This document shows positions 29,882 through 40,161 of a stretch of DNA of 64,000 nt, one piece after another (the first letter of the stretch is position 1; the number at the start of each line of letters is the position of its first letter). Position numbers and translations under genes: made by a program. Below the pieces are notes generated by a model. It did no database searches, was not told the origin of the DNA, and worked only from the letters and a program-made list of their open reading frames with translations. This stretch comes from Endomicrobiales bacterium (GTDB lineage: Bacteria; Elusimicrobiota; Endomicrobiia; Endomicrobiales; CAWCFT01): NCBI GenBank assembly GCA_963794945.1, contig CAWCFT010000006.1, positions 1 to 64,000 of the forward strand, read 5' to 3'.

Positions 29882-32800
29882 CAGTTAAAATATACTTCGA
29901 TGCTCTTGGCCTTCAGTTCCCTTATCATTACGGATTCTTTGCCCGGGATGATCCCGCCTTTGATGGTCTCTTTAGAGCCGTCTTCCCAGAAAATTGTTAC
30001 CTTCTCGGTTTTTATGCTGTTGCCGAAAAGGTCGCGCTTCGCCGGGTTGTTGTACGTTACCTTTGTCCGCCCGAGGAACTTAAACGAGAACGTGTTATTG
30101 ACCGTGAAGAACTCTTTGGCGAGCGCCGGCTTGAAAGACAGCACCGGGTTTCCGCCGCCCATGGAGGTGAAGGGCTTTGCGCCGCAGGTCATTATGAGCC
30201 ACATCTCGATGAATTCCGCCGTCGAGCCGCTTAGGCGCGAGACAAAACCGCGCCCCCAATTGTTCTTATCCGGAAAAGCCGAGGACGCGAGGAACGACGA
30301 GTTCTCGAGAATGCTCCTGCCGTAAACCGCGGGGTCAAGGAAACAAACGCCCGTCTTTTTGAACTCCTCGAAAAATTCTTTATAGAGCCCCGATTTCAAA
30401 AGTTCGAGCACATACTTGTATTCCATGTGCAGCCAGATGGATTCGTTCTCGAGCCAGCCCGGCGTGAACACCGTGCAGCGGCCGATGTCGGCCGGCTCTT
30501 TTGCAAGCGAAGCGTTGACCTTGTACATGCCGAGGTTCTTGTCGTAGAGCGGGCTCTTCTTTACCTGGCCGTAGAATTTTGCCGAGTCCCTGCGGCCCTC
30601 TTCGGTTTTGAGGTAATGCACCTCCGCCTCTAAAAACAGCGGCAGCGGGCGCATCTTGAATTTCTTTATATCCACGCACGGCCAGCCTTTGTGGCTGACC
30701 TTTTTTGTCTTGCTGTAAGACACGGCGTCGAACGAGAAATACGTGTAGTATAAGCCGGTCTTTTTGTCTTTTGCCTTTGCCAGGCCAGCGGTCAATTTTA
30801 TTTAAGGCGAGCTCGAAGAAACTGAGCAGGCGGCCCGTCGTTATAAGTTTCTCGTTTCCGGTAACCCCCATGGCCGTCTCTTTCCTGTAAAGCTCTTTTA
30901 ACGTTGTGGCTGCGTCCCAGAACTTAAAATCGGAGCTTTTAGTGCGCAGGAGCTTTTCTATGCCGCCGAGGAAATCGAACACTTCCTGGGGCACGCTGAA
31001 CCCGTCGCTGCTTTTAAGGCCCAGCGCCGAGATCTTTTCCATAAGGAACGTTATCAGCCTCTTAAGCTCGAACGTCTCGCAAACGCTGGAACCAAAAACT
31101 CCGGGCAGCCCGTTGAGCGCGTCGTACCAGCCGGGCTTTTCAGCTTCCATCTCGATGCCGACGCCTTCAGGGTCGAGCGTCGCAAGTTTGTTGACTATAA
31201 GGCATACCATCTTCGACATCAGCGTAGTCTTGTACACCTGTCCCGACCCATTCCTTGTCCGCGCGAAATGCGGCGCGTCGTGCCTCGCCCTCAATAACTT
31301 CGCCTTGTTCGTGTCCAGTATAACAGAATCGAACTGGCGTATCTTTCCGTTGGCGATGACGTGTTTTTCGGCCCTCGGCACAACGGTGTGGGTGTTGTCG
31401 TAAAAGGTGAAATCGTTTTTCTCAATTAGAATGTTTCGCAGGTGATCCGGGTAGATCGCGAGGTAACTTTCTAGTAGGTCGAGATTGTAGGTCCAGTGGT
31501 CTACCCAGTAGCCCTCGCCATGATCCGACTCGTGTGTCCACTCGGAAACGCCGAGCGCCATGCGAAGGAACTCGTCCGCCGACACCTTGAGCTTTATTCC
31601 ATTTTCTTCCACGAAAATGAGCAGGCTGCCCGGCTCGAAACGCCTGCTGAAGAATTCTTTTACCTTATCCATGGCTCCGGAAGCCACGCACTTTTTTAAC
31701 ACGGCCAGGCAGCGGGCTTTTTTGTGTCGAGCAGGAAAGACGAACCTTTGACCAGAAGCGGGTTGTACCCGTCGAGCTGGAGCAGGTCGTAGAAACACTT
31801 GACATTAAAATCTTTTATCTCGGGGTTAAAGAAGACATCGCTGCGCTTGTTCTGGTTCATGTCCCTGAAATTACCGTTGCCTTGAGAAAAATAGGTGGGC
31901 GATATGTGGAAAAAGTTGTAGTCGCGCTCGAGATCGCCGTGCTTGCGGGAATAGACGTAGAACACAAGCTTTTCGGCGCCCGCGGGAAGCAGTATCGGGC
32001 ATGCCGCCCCTTATGAGGTTGTCCATGTAGGTGTGCCTGCAGTAGAGGTCGAACGCGCCGATGGCCGACTCTGTCGCGATGCCGTCAGTGAGGCTCTCTA
32101 TCAGGAGCCTGTTCTCTTCGGCCTTATCCTCGAAATATTCCGCTTTGCCGGAAAGCTTAAAGAACTGGTTAAGCTTCTCTTCGCTGTCTATGTGGCCTAT
32201 CATTGAATACAGCCTGACGTGCCCGCCGGCGGAAAGCCTGCGCCCGAAAAAGCTCATAGCTGATGGGTATTTGTTGCTTCCCATCTGGTTCTGGGGAACT
32301 GCGAAACCGCCCTCGGCCATGAAAGCCTGGGGGTGCAGAAACGCCGCGTCCTGGCCGAAAACAACTTCGGGGTCGACAATGGCCGCGGCCTTGGAGAGGC
32401 CATTAGGCGTTGTAACGAGGCCGAAATAGAAGTTGCCTTTGTGGACCTCTGTCACTTCTGTCTTATCGTTTATCTCTACTTTCAAACGGTAGAACGGAAC
32501 ATTTTTATCGAGGTTGGTCACAAGAGTCCACGCCTGCGCCGTCGTGCTCATCTGCTTTAGAGTGTCTATGCCCATCCAGTAGGGGATGATCTTCGGCAGG
32601 CCGTCTATGACCTCTATATCGGCCGGGCTTGCGCCGATGTTCTCTATCTCTAGCGTCCTTAAGAGCGCGGCTATCGGCTCGTTGGGAAGCGTGAAATACC
32701 TTACCGTCGTCTTTAACCCCAGCGCCATGTTTATGTCTTCAAAAAGTATCTCGTACGGGCGGACGGACATCCTCTGCAAGGGCTCGCGGCCGCAGTTTGG

Positions 32801-33133
32801 AGGGTTGCTGGTGAACGGCTCATAGAAAACATCGCTGTTTTTTCCTTTTATTTTTATGAACGTGCGGAAGCCCTGTGTCGCCGTAAGCCCGTAGGCGTTA
32901 TTGGCGGCGTAGAATTCCATTATGGAGTAGTTCTTGTTCCTGATGCCGAACGACGCGATACCCTGGTTGCGGTTGACGTAAAACGCCCACATGGGTATGC
33001 CCTTGAGGCCCGCGACCCCCGGGAAAAAGCTCGAGAACGACTTAGCCTTGTTGTAATTCGTGATGACGAATGTCCCGTCTTCCAGCAGTTTGTAGCCGGA
33101 CTTCTCGCTGTCGTCTGCAAAGTTAGTTTTCAT
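29881..33133 (-). CDS. Large glycoside phosphorylase, GH161-like (beta-1,3-glucan phosphorylase); three frameshifts
   Basis: FSSFFPGVAGLKGIPMWAFYVNR, SRKHGDLERDYN, SQGNGNFRD, GYWVDHWTYNLDL, GWLENESIWLHMEYKY, RLSGSTAEF over four fragments totalling ~1080 aa. Confidence 0.75.
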
Positions 33134-33141
33134 CGAGCTCC

Positions 33142-34431
33142 TCAGAATACTCTCCGGAAGATGAAAGGAACGTTCTTGAAATGCGAGTTTAAGTCGAACG
33201 TCTTCCTGATCTCACCTTCGGAAAGGTAGTTTGTTATTTCTTTGTCTGCGGCGACGGCGCTCTGTAGCGACGTGCCCAAATTGCGGGCGGCGAAAGCCGC
33301 GCGCTGTATAAGTTCGTAAGCCTTCTCCCTGGAGAGGCCCTTATCAACGAGAGCGAGCAGGAGCGCGCCGGAAAATATCACGTCCTGTGTTTTCTCGAGG
33401 TTCTTCTTCATGTTCTCGGGGTAAACCACGAGGCCCGTGAGTATTCGGTTCATCCGTTCTATCATGAAATCCAGTGCAATCGACGCATCAGGCAGAAGCA
33501 CGCGCTCGGCTGACGAATGGCTTATGTCCCTCTCGTGCCACAGCGCCACGTCTTCCATGGCGGTCACGGCGTAGCCACGCAGAAGGCGGGCAAGGCCGCA
33601 GATGTTCTCCGACATTATGGGGTTCCGCTTGTGCGGCATGGCGGACGAGCCCTTCTGACCTTTTGTGAACGGCTCTTCCGCTTCCTGCACCTCGGTGCGC
33701 TGTAGGTGGCGTATCTCGACAGCTATGCGCTCAAGCGAGCTGCCGGCTATGGCGAGGCTCGCCGCAAATGAAGCGTGCCTGTCCCTCGGGACTATCTGGG
33801 TCGAAACAGGTTCTGGTTTGAGGCCTAGCTTTTTGCAAACGTACAATTCAACCTTGGGGCTTAAGTGAGCGAACGTGCCCACCGCGCCGGAGATCTTTCC
33901 GTAGCTTACGGTCTCGCCGGCTTTTTCCAGCATCTCTTTCGCCCTTTTTATTTCTGAATACCACGAGGCAGCCTTGAGCCCGAACGTTATGGGTTCCGCG
34001 TGCACACCGTGCGTGCGGCCCATCATGGGCGTGAACTCGTATTTTTTCGCGAGAGCTTTTATCGGGATAAGGAGTCTGCTCATACCCGCCGAGAGAAGCT
34101 CGCATGACTGTTTCATCTGGACGGAAAGCGCCGTGTCCAACACGTCGGATGAGGTCATCCCTAAATGAAGGAATCGCGCCTCAGGGCCGACCGATTCCAC
34201 CACCTGCGTGAGGAAAGCTATAACATCGTGCTTTACCGTAAGTTCTATCTCGTTGATTCTCTCTATATTTATTTTCGCTTTTTTGCGTATCTTGGCAACA
34301 GCGGATTTCGGCACCGCGCCCATCTTAGACATCGCTTCGGCGGCAAGTATCTCCACTTCAAGCATCTGCTTGAACCTGTTCTCTTCCGACCAAACCTGAG
34401 ACATTTCTTGTCTCGTATAACGCGGAATCAT
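33142..34431 (-). CDS. purB: Adenylosuccinate lyase
   Basis: GSSAMPHKRNP, GRTHGVHAEP, WHERDISHS. Confidence 0.98.
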   Translation of the reverse strand: MIPRYTRQEMSQVWSEENRFKQMLEVEILAAEAMSKMGAVPKSAVAKIRKKAKINIERINEIELTVKHDVIAFLTQVVESVGPEARFLHLGMTSSDVLDTALSVQMKQSCELLSAGMSRLLIPIKALAKKYEFTPMMGRTHGVHAEPITFGLKAASWYSEIKRAKEMLEKAGETVSYGKISGAVGTFAHLSPKVELYVCKKLGLKPEPVSTQIVPRDRHASFAASLAIAGSSLERIAVEIRHLQRTEVQEAEEPFTKGQKGSSAMPHKRNPIMSENICGLARLLRGYAVTAMEDVALWHERDISHSSAERVLLPDASIALDFMIERMNRILTGLVVYPENMKKNLEKTQDVIFSGALLLALVDKGLSREKAYELIQRAAFAARNLGTSLQSAVAADKEITNYLSEGEIRKTFDLNSHFKNVPFIFRRVF

Positions 34432-34443
34432 TACAACCTCCAG

Positions 34444-34478
34444 AAGCTGTAAGTTATAAGCTTTAAGCTGTAAGAAAA
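34444..34478. repeat. Family A heptamer arm downstream of the four-helix-bundle gene
   Basis: AAGCTGT AAGTTAT AAGCTTT AAGCTGT AAGAAAA. Confidence 0.85.
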
Positions 34479-34484
34479 ATCAAT

Positions 34485-34838
34485 TCACGGCTTCAGTTTC
34501 TTTTCCAATCCTGTTATCATCCTACCAATCTCTTCACATTCAGCATTAAGTCGCTCAAAATCTTTCTTCTCAATATAATTCAGATCCTTGCTTAATATTA
34601 AATGATATTTTGTTTCTTCAAGAGAAGTTTCGGCAATGTTTAGAAAATGAATAAACTCTTTAGTGCTATTTTTTTTACATCCTTCTACAATATTGGTAGG
34701 AATTGAGCTCGCAGATCGCCTGACCTGCGAGACAATACCAAACTTCTCTTCTTCGGGAAATCTCTTTGTAATTGTATAAATAGCTAACACCAAACTATGC
34801 GCTTTTTCCCAAACTTTAAGATTTTTAAATATTGCCAT
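34485..34838 (-). CDS. Four helix bundle protein (23S rRNA IVS-protein / Avd-like family)
   Basis: FKNLKVWEKAH, FPEEEKFG..SQVRRSASSIPTNIVEG, FLNIA.TSLEE; AT-rich relative to neighbours. Confidence 0.93.
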   Translation of the reverse strand: MAIFKNLKVWEKAHSLVLAIYTITKRFPEEEKFGIVSQVRRSASSIPTNIVEGCKKNSTKEFIHFLNIAETSLEETKYHLILSKDLNYIEKKDFERLNAECEEIGRMITGLEKKLKP

Positions 34839-34852
34839 TTTAATATCAGATA

Positions 34853-34941
34853 TAAGCCGTAAGTTTTAAGCTATAAGAAAAATCTAAATCTTTATGGGCT
34901 TTTATTTTTGACTTTTCTTACAGCTTATAGCTTACCGCTTA
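34853..34941. repeat. Family A heptamer inverted-array hairpin upstream of the four-helix-bundle gene
   Basis: TAAGCCG TAAGTTT TAAGCTA TAAGAAAA ... TTTTCTTA CAGCTTA TAGCTTA CCGCTTA. Confidence 0.85.
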
Positions 34942-35527
34942 AAGCCTGCCGTTAATAATTTTAAGTATAGCTTCGGGATAAAGCTTGTGTTCTACTTCCA
35001 AAACCCGCTCCGCCAATGTTTCCGGCGTATCGGCCGCAAGCACCGGTACTTTCATCTGCGCCACAATATTGCCGTGATCGTAATGTTCGTCAACCCAGTG
35101 AACAGTGGCGCCGGATTCCTTCTCTTTAGCGGCGATAACGGCTTCGTGAACAAAATGGCCGTACATCCCTTTGCCCCCGTACTTGGGCAGAAGCGCGGGA
35201 TGGATGTTCACTATCTTGAAACTGTTTATAAGCCCGGGCTCAAGCTTCAAAAGATAGCCTGCCAGGCAGAACAAGCTCAACCCTGTGTTCAGTCAGCCTA
35301 TTTTTTATCTCTTCGCAGAAATCCCCTGCATCAAGATATTCTTTCCTGTCGATAAACACGGCCGGTATATTGTGCTTAACGGCCCTCTGAAGGCCGTACG
35401 CGTCTATCCTGTTGGATATGACTACCGCGACTTCAGCCTTGCCTTTGAGGATGCCGAACCCGCAGGCGTCTAATATCGCCTGAAGGTTGCTTCCACCGCC
35501 CGATATCAAAACTCCGAGCTTTACCAT
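34939..35527 (-). CDS. purN: Phosphoribosylglycinamide formyltransferase; frameshift near 35275
   Basis: ISGGGSNLQA and NIHPALLP..GG.GMYG, SGATVH in two frames. Confidence 0.93.
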
Positions 35528-36483
35528 TTATACGAGTTCCACGCCTTTTTTGCCTTTTTCTACGGACCCTATTATTATTGAGCCTTTGAGGTGTTTGAGA
35601 GTTCTCTCAGCGGCCGACGGGCGTACTATAACCGCCATGCCGATACCCATGTTGAGCGTCCTGTATATTTCCTTATCAGGCACGTTCCCTTTGTTCTGTA
35701 TGACGCGGAATATCTCCGGCACGTTCCATGATCTTTTGTTTATGGCGACCTTGCAGCCTTCCGGCACAATTCGGCCGATCTTATCGTAGAAACTGCCGCC
35801 GGTTATGTGTGCAATACCAGTGATAAGGGGTAAGCTGTAAGGGGTAAGTAAAGACAAAATCTCTTTGACATATATTCTGGTTGGAGCAAGAAGCTCTTTG
35901 GAGTATTTCTTCAGTTCTTTTGTCGAAAATACCTTACGTATAAGCGAGTAGCCGTTCGAGTGCGGGCCTGATGAAGGCAGCCCTATTACTACGTCGCCCG
36001 GGTGCATCTTTTTGCCTGTTATCTCTTTTCCCTTCTCCAGGGAACCCACCGCGAAACCCGCGAGATCGTATTCCCCGGGAGGATAGAAACCCGGCATCTC
36101 GGCTGTCTCGCCGCCTATGAGTGCGCAGCCGGAAATATCACAGCCTTTTTTAATGCCGGATATAACATTTTCGGCAAGGTTGACATCAAGCTTTCCACAG
36201 GCGAAGTAGTCTAAGAAGAAAAGCGGTTTAGCACCGCAGCAGATTATGTCGTTAACGTTCATTGCCACTAGGTCTATACCCACGGTGTCGTGCTTATTTA
36301 AAAGGAACGCTATTTTGAGCTTGGTCCCGACGCCGTCCGTAGAGCTTACGAGGTTATATTTCGTGCCCGCCAGTGGGAATGCCCCGCCGAATCCGCCGAT
36401 CTTGGGAAGTTTACTCTTCACCGCCGCACCAGCTCGTTGCCCGCGTCGATGTTTACTCCGGCCTTTCTATAGGTGACCTTCAT
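35528..36483 (-). CDS. purM: AIR synthase; frameshift near 36421
   Basis: MKVTYRKAGVNIDAGN start at 36483; TDGVGTK, GGETAEMP, HSNGYSL, HITGG, NMGIG. Confidence 0.95.
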
Positions 36484-36502
36484 TATAACTCCTTAATTTA
36501 TT

Positions 36503-36603
36503 AGCTATAAGCTGTAAGCTTTAAGCTATAAGAAAAATCTTATAAATACATACGCTTACGATTTTTGTCTTTTCTTACAGCATATAACTTATAGCTTATA
36601 ACT
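36503..36603. repeat. Family A heptamer inverted-array hairpin (pyrE/purM junction)
   Basis: Two ~34-nt complementary arms of 7-nt units. Confidence 0.88.
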
Positions 36604-36606
36604 ATT

Positions 36607-37182
36607 TTACTTCCTGCTTCCCGGTTTTATTGGCGACCCGCCTTCCTTACACATCGGGCACTCTTCTGCTTTGTAGCTTTTTACTTCTAGGCTGAGCAGC
36701 GACGAGCGCGGCACGCCAAAATCAACTTTTCCGCCGGAGCGGTCAACAAGGGACGCGACCGCGACGATCTCAGCGCCCAGCGGCTTTATAGTGTCTATTA
36801 CTTCTCTTGTTGAAAGGCCCGTAGTTATCACGTCTTCTACCACGAGGCACTTCTCGCCTTTTTCAACACTGAAACCGCGGCGGAGTGTGAGCTTTCCGTC
36901 AACCCGCTCGCAGAATATCGCGCGGCAACCAATCTGCGCCGCCACTTCCTGGCCGACCACGATACCGCCTAAGGCCGGTGAAACCACAACATCTATGTCC
37001 GGGACATCCTTTAATATCTTGTCTGCGAGAAGCGCGGCGAGCTTTTCCGCTTCCGCCGGATGCTGGAGTATCAACGCGGACTGGAAATACGTGTCGGAAT
37101 GGAGCCCGCTTGAGAGCAGAAAATGTCCGCTCAACAACGCGTTGTTCTTTTCAAATAATTGTTTTACTTCTGAATCTTTCAT
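36607..37182 (-). CDS. pyrE: Orotate phosphoribosyltransferase
   Basis: GHFLLSSGLHS, VEDVITTG. Confidence 0.96.
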   Translation of the reverse strand: MKDSEVKQLFEKNNALLSGHFLLSSGLHSDTYFQSALILQHPAEAEKLAALLADKILKDVPDIDVVVSPALGGIVVGQEVAAQIGCRAIFCERVDGKLTLRRGFSVEKGEKCLVVEDVITTGLSTREVIDTIKPLGAEIVAVASLVDRSGGKVDFGVPRSSLLSLEVKSYKAEECPMCKEGGSPIKPGSRK

Positions 37183-37205
37183 TATATCCCCTTTCGCTAG
37201 ATATC

Positions 37206-37291
37206 AGCTATAAGCTGTAGGCTTTAAGCTATAAGAAACTTCGATTTGCGACTTTTATTTTCTTACAGCTTATAACTTATAGCTTACAACT
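37206..37291. repeat. Family A heptamer inverted-array hairpin (pyrF/pyrE junction)
   Basis: Two ~33-nt complementary arms. Confidence 0.88.
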
Positions 37292-37946
37292 ATTTTGTTG
37301 ATGCTTTTTCTATTTCTTCCGTCATGATTTTTGCTGCTTCCACTGGGTCAACCGCTTCTATCACAGGCCGGCCAACAACTATAAAGTTCGCTCCGGCCCT
37401 TATCGCGGCGGCAGGGGTGGCTATTCTTTTCTGGTCGTGCTTGTCTTCGTTCGCCATCCTTATGCCGGGCGTTATTACGCCAAACTCGCTGCCGCAGGCT
37501 TTCTTAATATCCTCTATTTCGTGCGGTGAAGATATCACGCCGTCCATGCCGGACTTTTTCGCAAGCAGCGCCCGTTCGCGCACTACCACCGGGTCGACAG
37601 GCTGGCTGGTGAGCACCGTGACCGCCCATAACCTCGGATGATTCGGCACAAACGCTGCCTCTTTCATCATGATCTCGCCGCCAGCTGAATGGAGGGTTAG
37701 GCTGTAAACACCTAGCTCCGACGCCGATTCAACGGAACGCTTGACAGTCTGCGGTATGTCGTGGAACTTAAGGTCAAGAAAAACCTCGTTGCCGCCCTGT
37801 TTTATTTGTTTAATAAGTTCCGGGCCTTCCTTGAGAAAAAGTATCGGGCCCACCTTGAATATGTCGACGTACGGCGAAAGTATCTCAACCAGGTACATTG
37901 CCCTGTCCTTATCTTTGACGTCAAGCGCTACTATCATCTTTTTCAT
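37290..37946 (-). CDS. pyrF: OMP decarboxylase
   Basis: IVALD, FLDLKFHDIPQT, TPGIR, VVGRP. Confidence 0.96.
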   Translation of the reverse strand: MKKMIVALDVKDKDRAMYLVEILSPYVDIFKVGPILFLKEGPELIKQIKQGGNEVFLDLKFHDIPQTVKRSVESASELGVYSLTLHSAGGEIMMKEAAFVPNHPRLWAVTVLTSQPVDPVVVRERALLAKKSGMDGVISSPHEIEDIKKACGSEFGVITPGIRMANEDKHDQKRIATPAAAIRAGANFIVVGRPVIEAVDPVEAAKIMTEEIEKASTK

Positions 37947-37963
37947 AACTGCTCCCGGGAAAT

Positions 37964-38109
37964 AATTCAAAAATCAAACATCAAATATAAAAATTATAGA
38001 TAATATCCCCAGCAAAACTAATGATTGTTTCTATTGTTTTTTCTTGTTTGCGAATTAATTTATAAATATTGGCCTGTTTTTGATCTTTGATTTTTAATAT
38101 TTGATATTG
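37964..38109. repeat. Heptamer inverted-array hairpin, family B
   Basis: ATTCAAA AATCAAA CATCAAA TATAAAA ... TTTGATC TTTGATT TTTAATA TTTGATA. Confidence 0.8.
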
Positions 38110-38112
38110 CCT

Positions 38113-40161
38113 TTACTTTACGGGATGCTTTATTATATAGTCCGTAACCGCGAGCGCGGATTTGAAATGCTTCAAAAGTTTCTCGTGTTCGGCGTCCGGC
38201 TGGGCTGGCTTTAAGAGCCTTCTTGACGACTGGTCCCACACATAATAAGACACAACGTTATTCTCAACGAAACAGCGCAGCGCCCTGTCCTTCGACATCA
38301 CGAGCCCGTCAACATTGAAGGCTATGTGCTTTGTATTCTTATCAAGCATGTCCCCGCCTAGCGAAGCATACTGTTGCCCGGACAGCGAGAGGTTGTAAAG
38401 CGTAGCCATAATATCCAGGTGCGAGCCGAACGTGTCCTTGTCTATATCGCGGGGCTTTAGGCTTTCGGGAATATAAAGGTAGAACGGCACACCGTCCAAG
38501 TCAAGGTAGCGTTCTTTGGGGTAATCGAAAACGCTCCAGAAATTGTGGTCGCCCGTTACGGCGATTATCGTGTTCTTGCCGAGCGACGAGGCTTTTATCC
38601 TCGATATAAGTTCGCCCAGCTTATTGTTTGAGTACTGATAAGTCTCGAACCGCATCTTAGCGAGCTTCATGTCGCCCGTGATGTCTTTCCGCAGCTCTGG
38701 CGAAATATTGAGCGGCAGAAGCTTGTAGTCCGCCGGCAGCGAATAAGGCGGGTGGTTTGTCGTTGTCATCGTGAATATGAACTTGGGTTTGCCGTTATTT
38801 TTCGAGAGCCTGTCGTATATGTGCTGGAAAAGATACTCGTCATAGACACCCCACTGGTTCTTCGGGAATCTCGGGTCCATAGAACCCGCGCCCTCTGCTG
38901 AATCAAAACCAAGGTTTCCGGCGAACATGAATACGTTCCTCCAGCCGGCGTTGCCTCCGTAAAGGAATATCGTCTCATAACCAGCCCGCTTGTAAGGCAC
39001 CGCTGCGCCCGTGAAATAGTAGTTGTAGGCGAACTTCGACTGCGTAACGGCCTTAGCGGCCGGCCTCTTTGGCATGCTTAATATGGCCGTTTCTATACTG
39101 CCGATCGTTCCGACATCTCCGGAAAGAAAGTTATAGAACACTGTATCAGAATCGAAATGTTTCTTCAGCTCGCCCATGACGTTGAACTCAGGCGAATTGT
39201 AATGCAGAAGGTCAGAGCCGAAACTCTCCATCATTATGAATATTACGTTGGGCCTTGTCTTTTCGATCGCAACGCTCTTTTTTGTCGTTCTTATCACGCT
39301 CTCCTGAAGGGCTTCCTTGTTGAGCTTTGAAGCGGGAACGTCCAGAAAATCCGAGAATGCGCGCACCGGGTCGTCGGAATAGCCAACCTGTTTGGAAATA
39401 TCGTAGCTTCCGTTCTCTTTCATTCTGGCCTCTAAGGCTTCCTGAAAGGTATATATTCCGTTAATAGACACTTTGTTTATGAAAATGTCCGGCGATATCT
39501 CGGCGTCCATCGTACCCAGCGGGAAAAGCCCGAAACCGCCCCTCGCTGCAATGACGTTGCAGGCCAGAAGCCCGCCGAGGAAAAAGAATTTTATCAGGAA
39601 CGGGTACCGCTTGTGGCTGTCGTGCTCGAGATCTACCTGGTTTGTGAAATGGCTTGTTATAAAATAAACGATCGAGATGAGCACTAGGAAAATAAACGAA
39701 ACCAGCGGCACGTTATAGTTGTCCGCTATAGTGGAAAAAAGCGCCTTAGTATCGTCTTCCAGAACACCGAAAATGATTATGTTTATGTGGTTCTTAAAAT
39801 AAGAGAAAAAGCCAAAGTCCACACAAAGCAGTATAAAAATAAATGAGAACATAAGAACGTAGTAGGCTTTTGCCGCGGACAACCAGAATCTGAAAACTTT
39901 TGTGCTCCCGATGGCGGAAACTACTATCAGCGTCAAAACTACCAGCATGTTGACATAAGCTACTACACCCAGGTCAAACCTCACACCCATATAAAAAGCT
40001 TTAAAAACGTATATCCAGAGTCCACTTGATGTTTTCAAGCCGCCGTAGTATACGAAGAAGACAAGTCTAAAGACGGACATAAGAAGAAGGAACACCGCGT
40101 TCGCTAGTAAAAGTTTTTTAACCGAATCTATCACGGCCCCGAAAGGAAGGTATTTGTTCAT
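38113..40161 (-). CDS. LTA synthase / phosphoglycerol transferase family (sulfatase fold)
   Basis: N-terminal TM helices, NVIFIMMESF, WGVYDE, TTTNHPPY, TGDH. Confidence 0.88.
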   Translation of the reverse strand: MNKYLPFGAVIDSVKKLLLANAVFLLLMSVFRLVFFVYYGGLKTSSGLWIYVFKAFYMGVRFDLGVVAYVNMLVVLTLIVVSAIGSTKVFRFWLSAAKAYYVLMFSFIFILLCVDFGFFSYFKNHINIIIFGVLEDDTKALFSTIADNYNVPLVSFIFLVLISIVYFITSHFTNQVDLEHDSHKRYPFLIKFFFLGGLLACNVIAARGGFGLFPLGTMDAEISPDIFINKVSINGIYTFQEALEARMKENGSYDISKQVGYSDDPVRAFSDFLDVPASKLNKEALQESVIRTTKKSVAIEKTRPNVIFIMMESFGSDLLHYNSPEFNVMGELKKHFDSDTVFYNFLSGDVGTIGSIETAILSMPKRPAAKAVTQSKFAYNYYFTGAAVPYKRAGYETIFLYGGNAGWRNVFMFAGNLGFDSAEGAGSMDPRFPKNQWGVYDEYLFQHIYDRLSKNNGKPKFIFTMTTTNHPPYSLPADYKLLPLNISPELRKDITGDMKLAKMRFETYQYSNNKLGELISRIKASSLGKNTIIAVTGDHNFWSVFDYPKERYLDLDGVPFYLYIPESLKPRDIDKDTFGSHLDIMATLYNLSLSGQQYASLGGDMLDKNTKHIAFNVDGLVMSKDRALRCFVENNVVSYYVWDQSSRRLLKPAQPDAEHEKLLKHFKSALAVTDYIIKHPVK

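Noticed and set aside
34485..34838. Diversity-generating retroelement (Avd-like gene)
   Set aside because: No reverse transcriptase and no TR/VR pair with adenine-specific differences in the window
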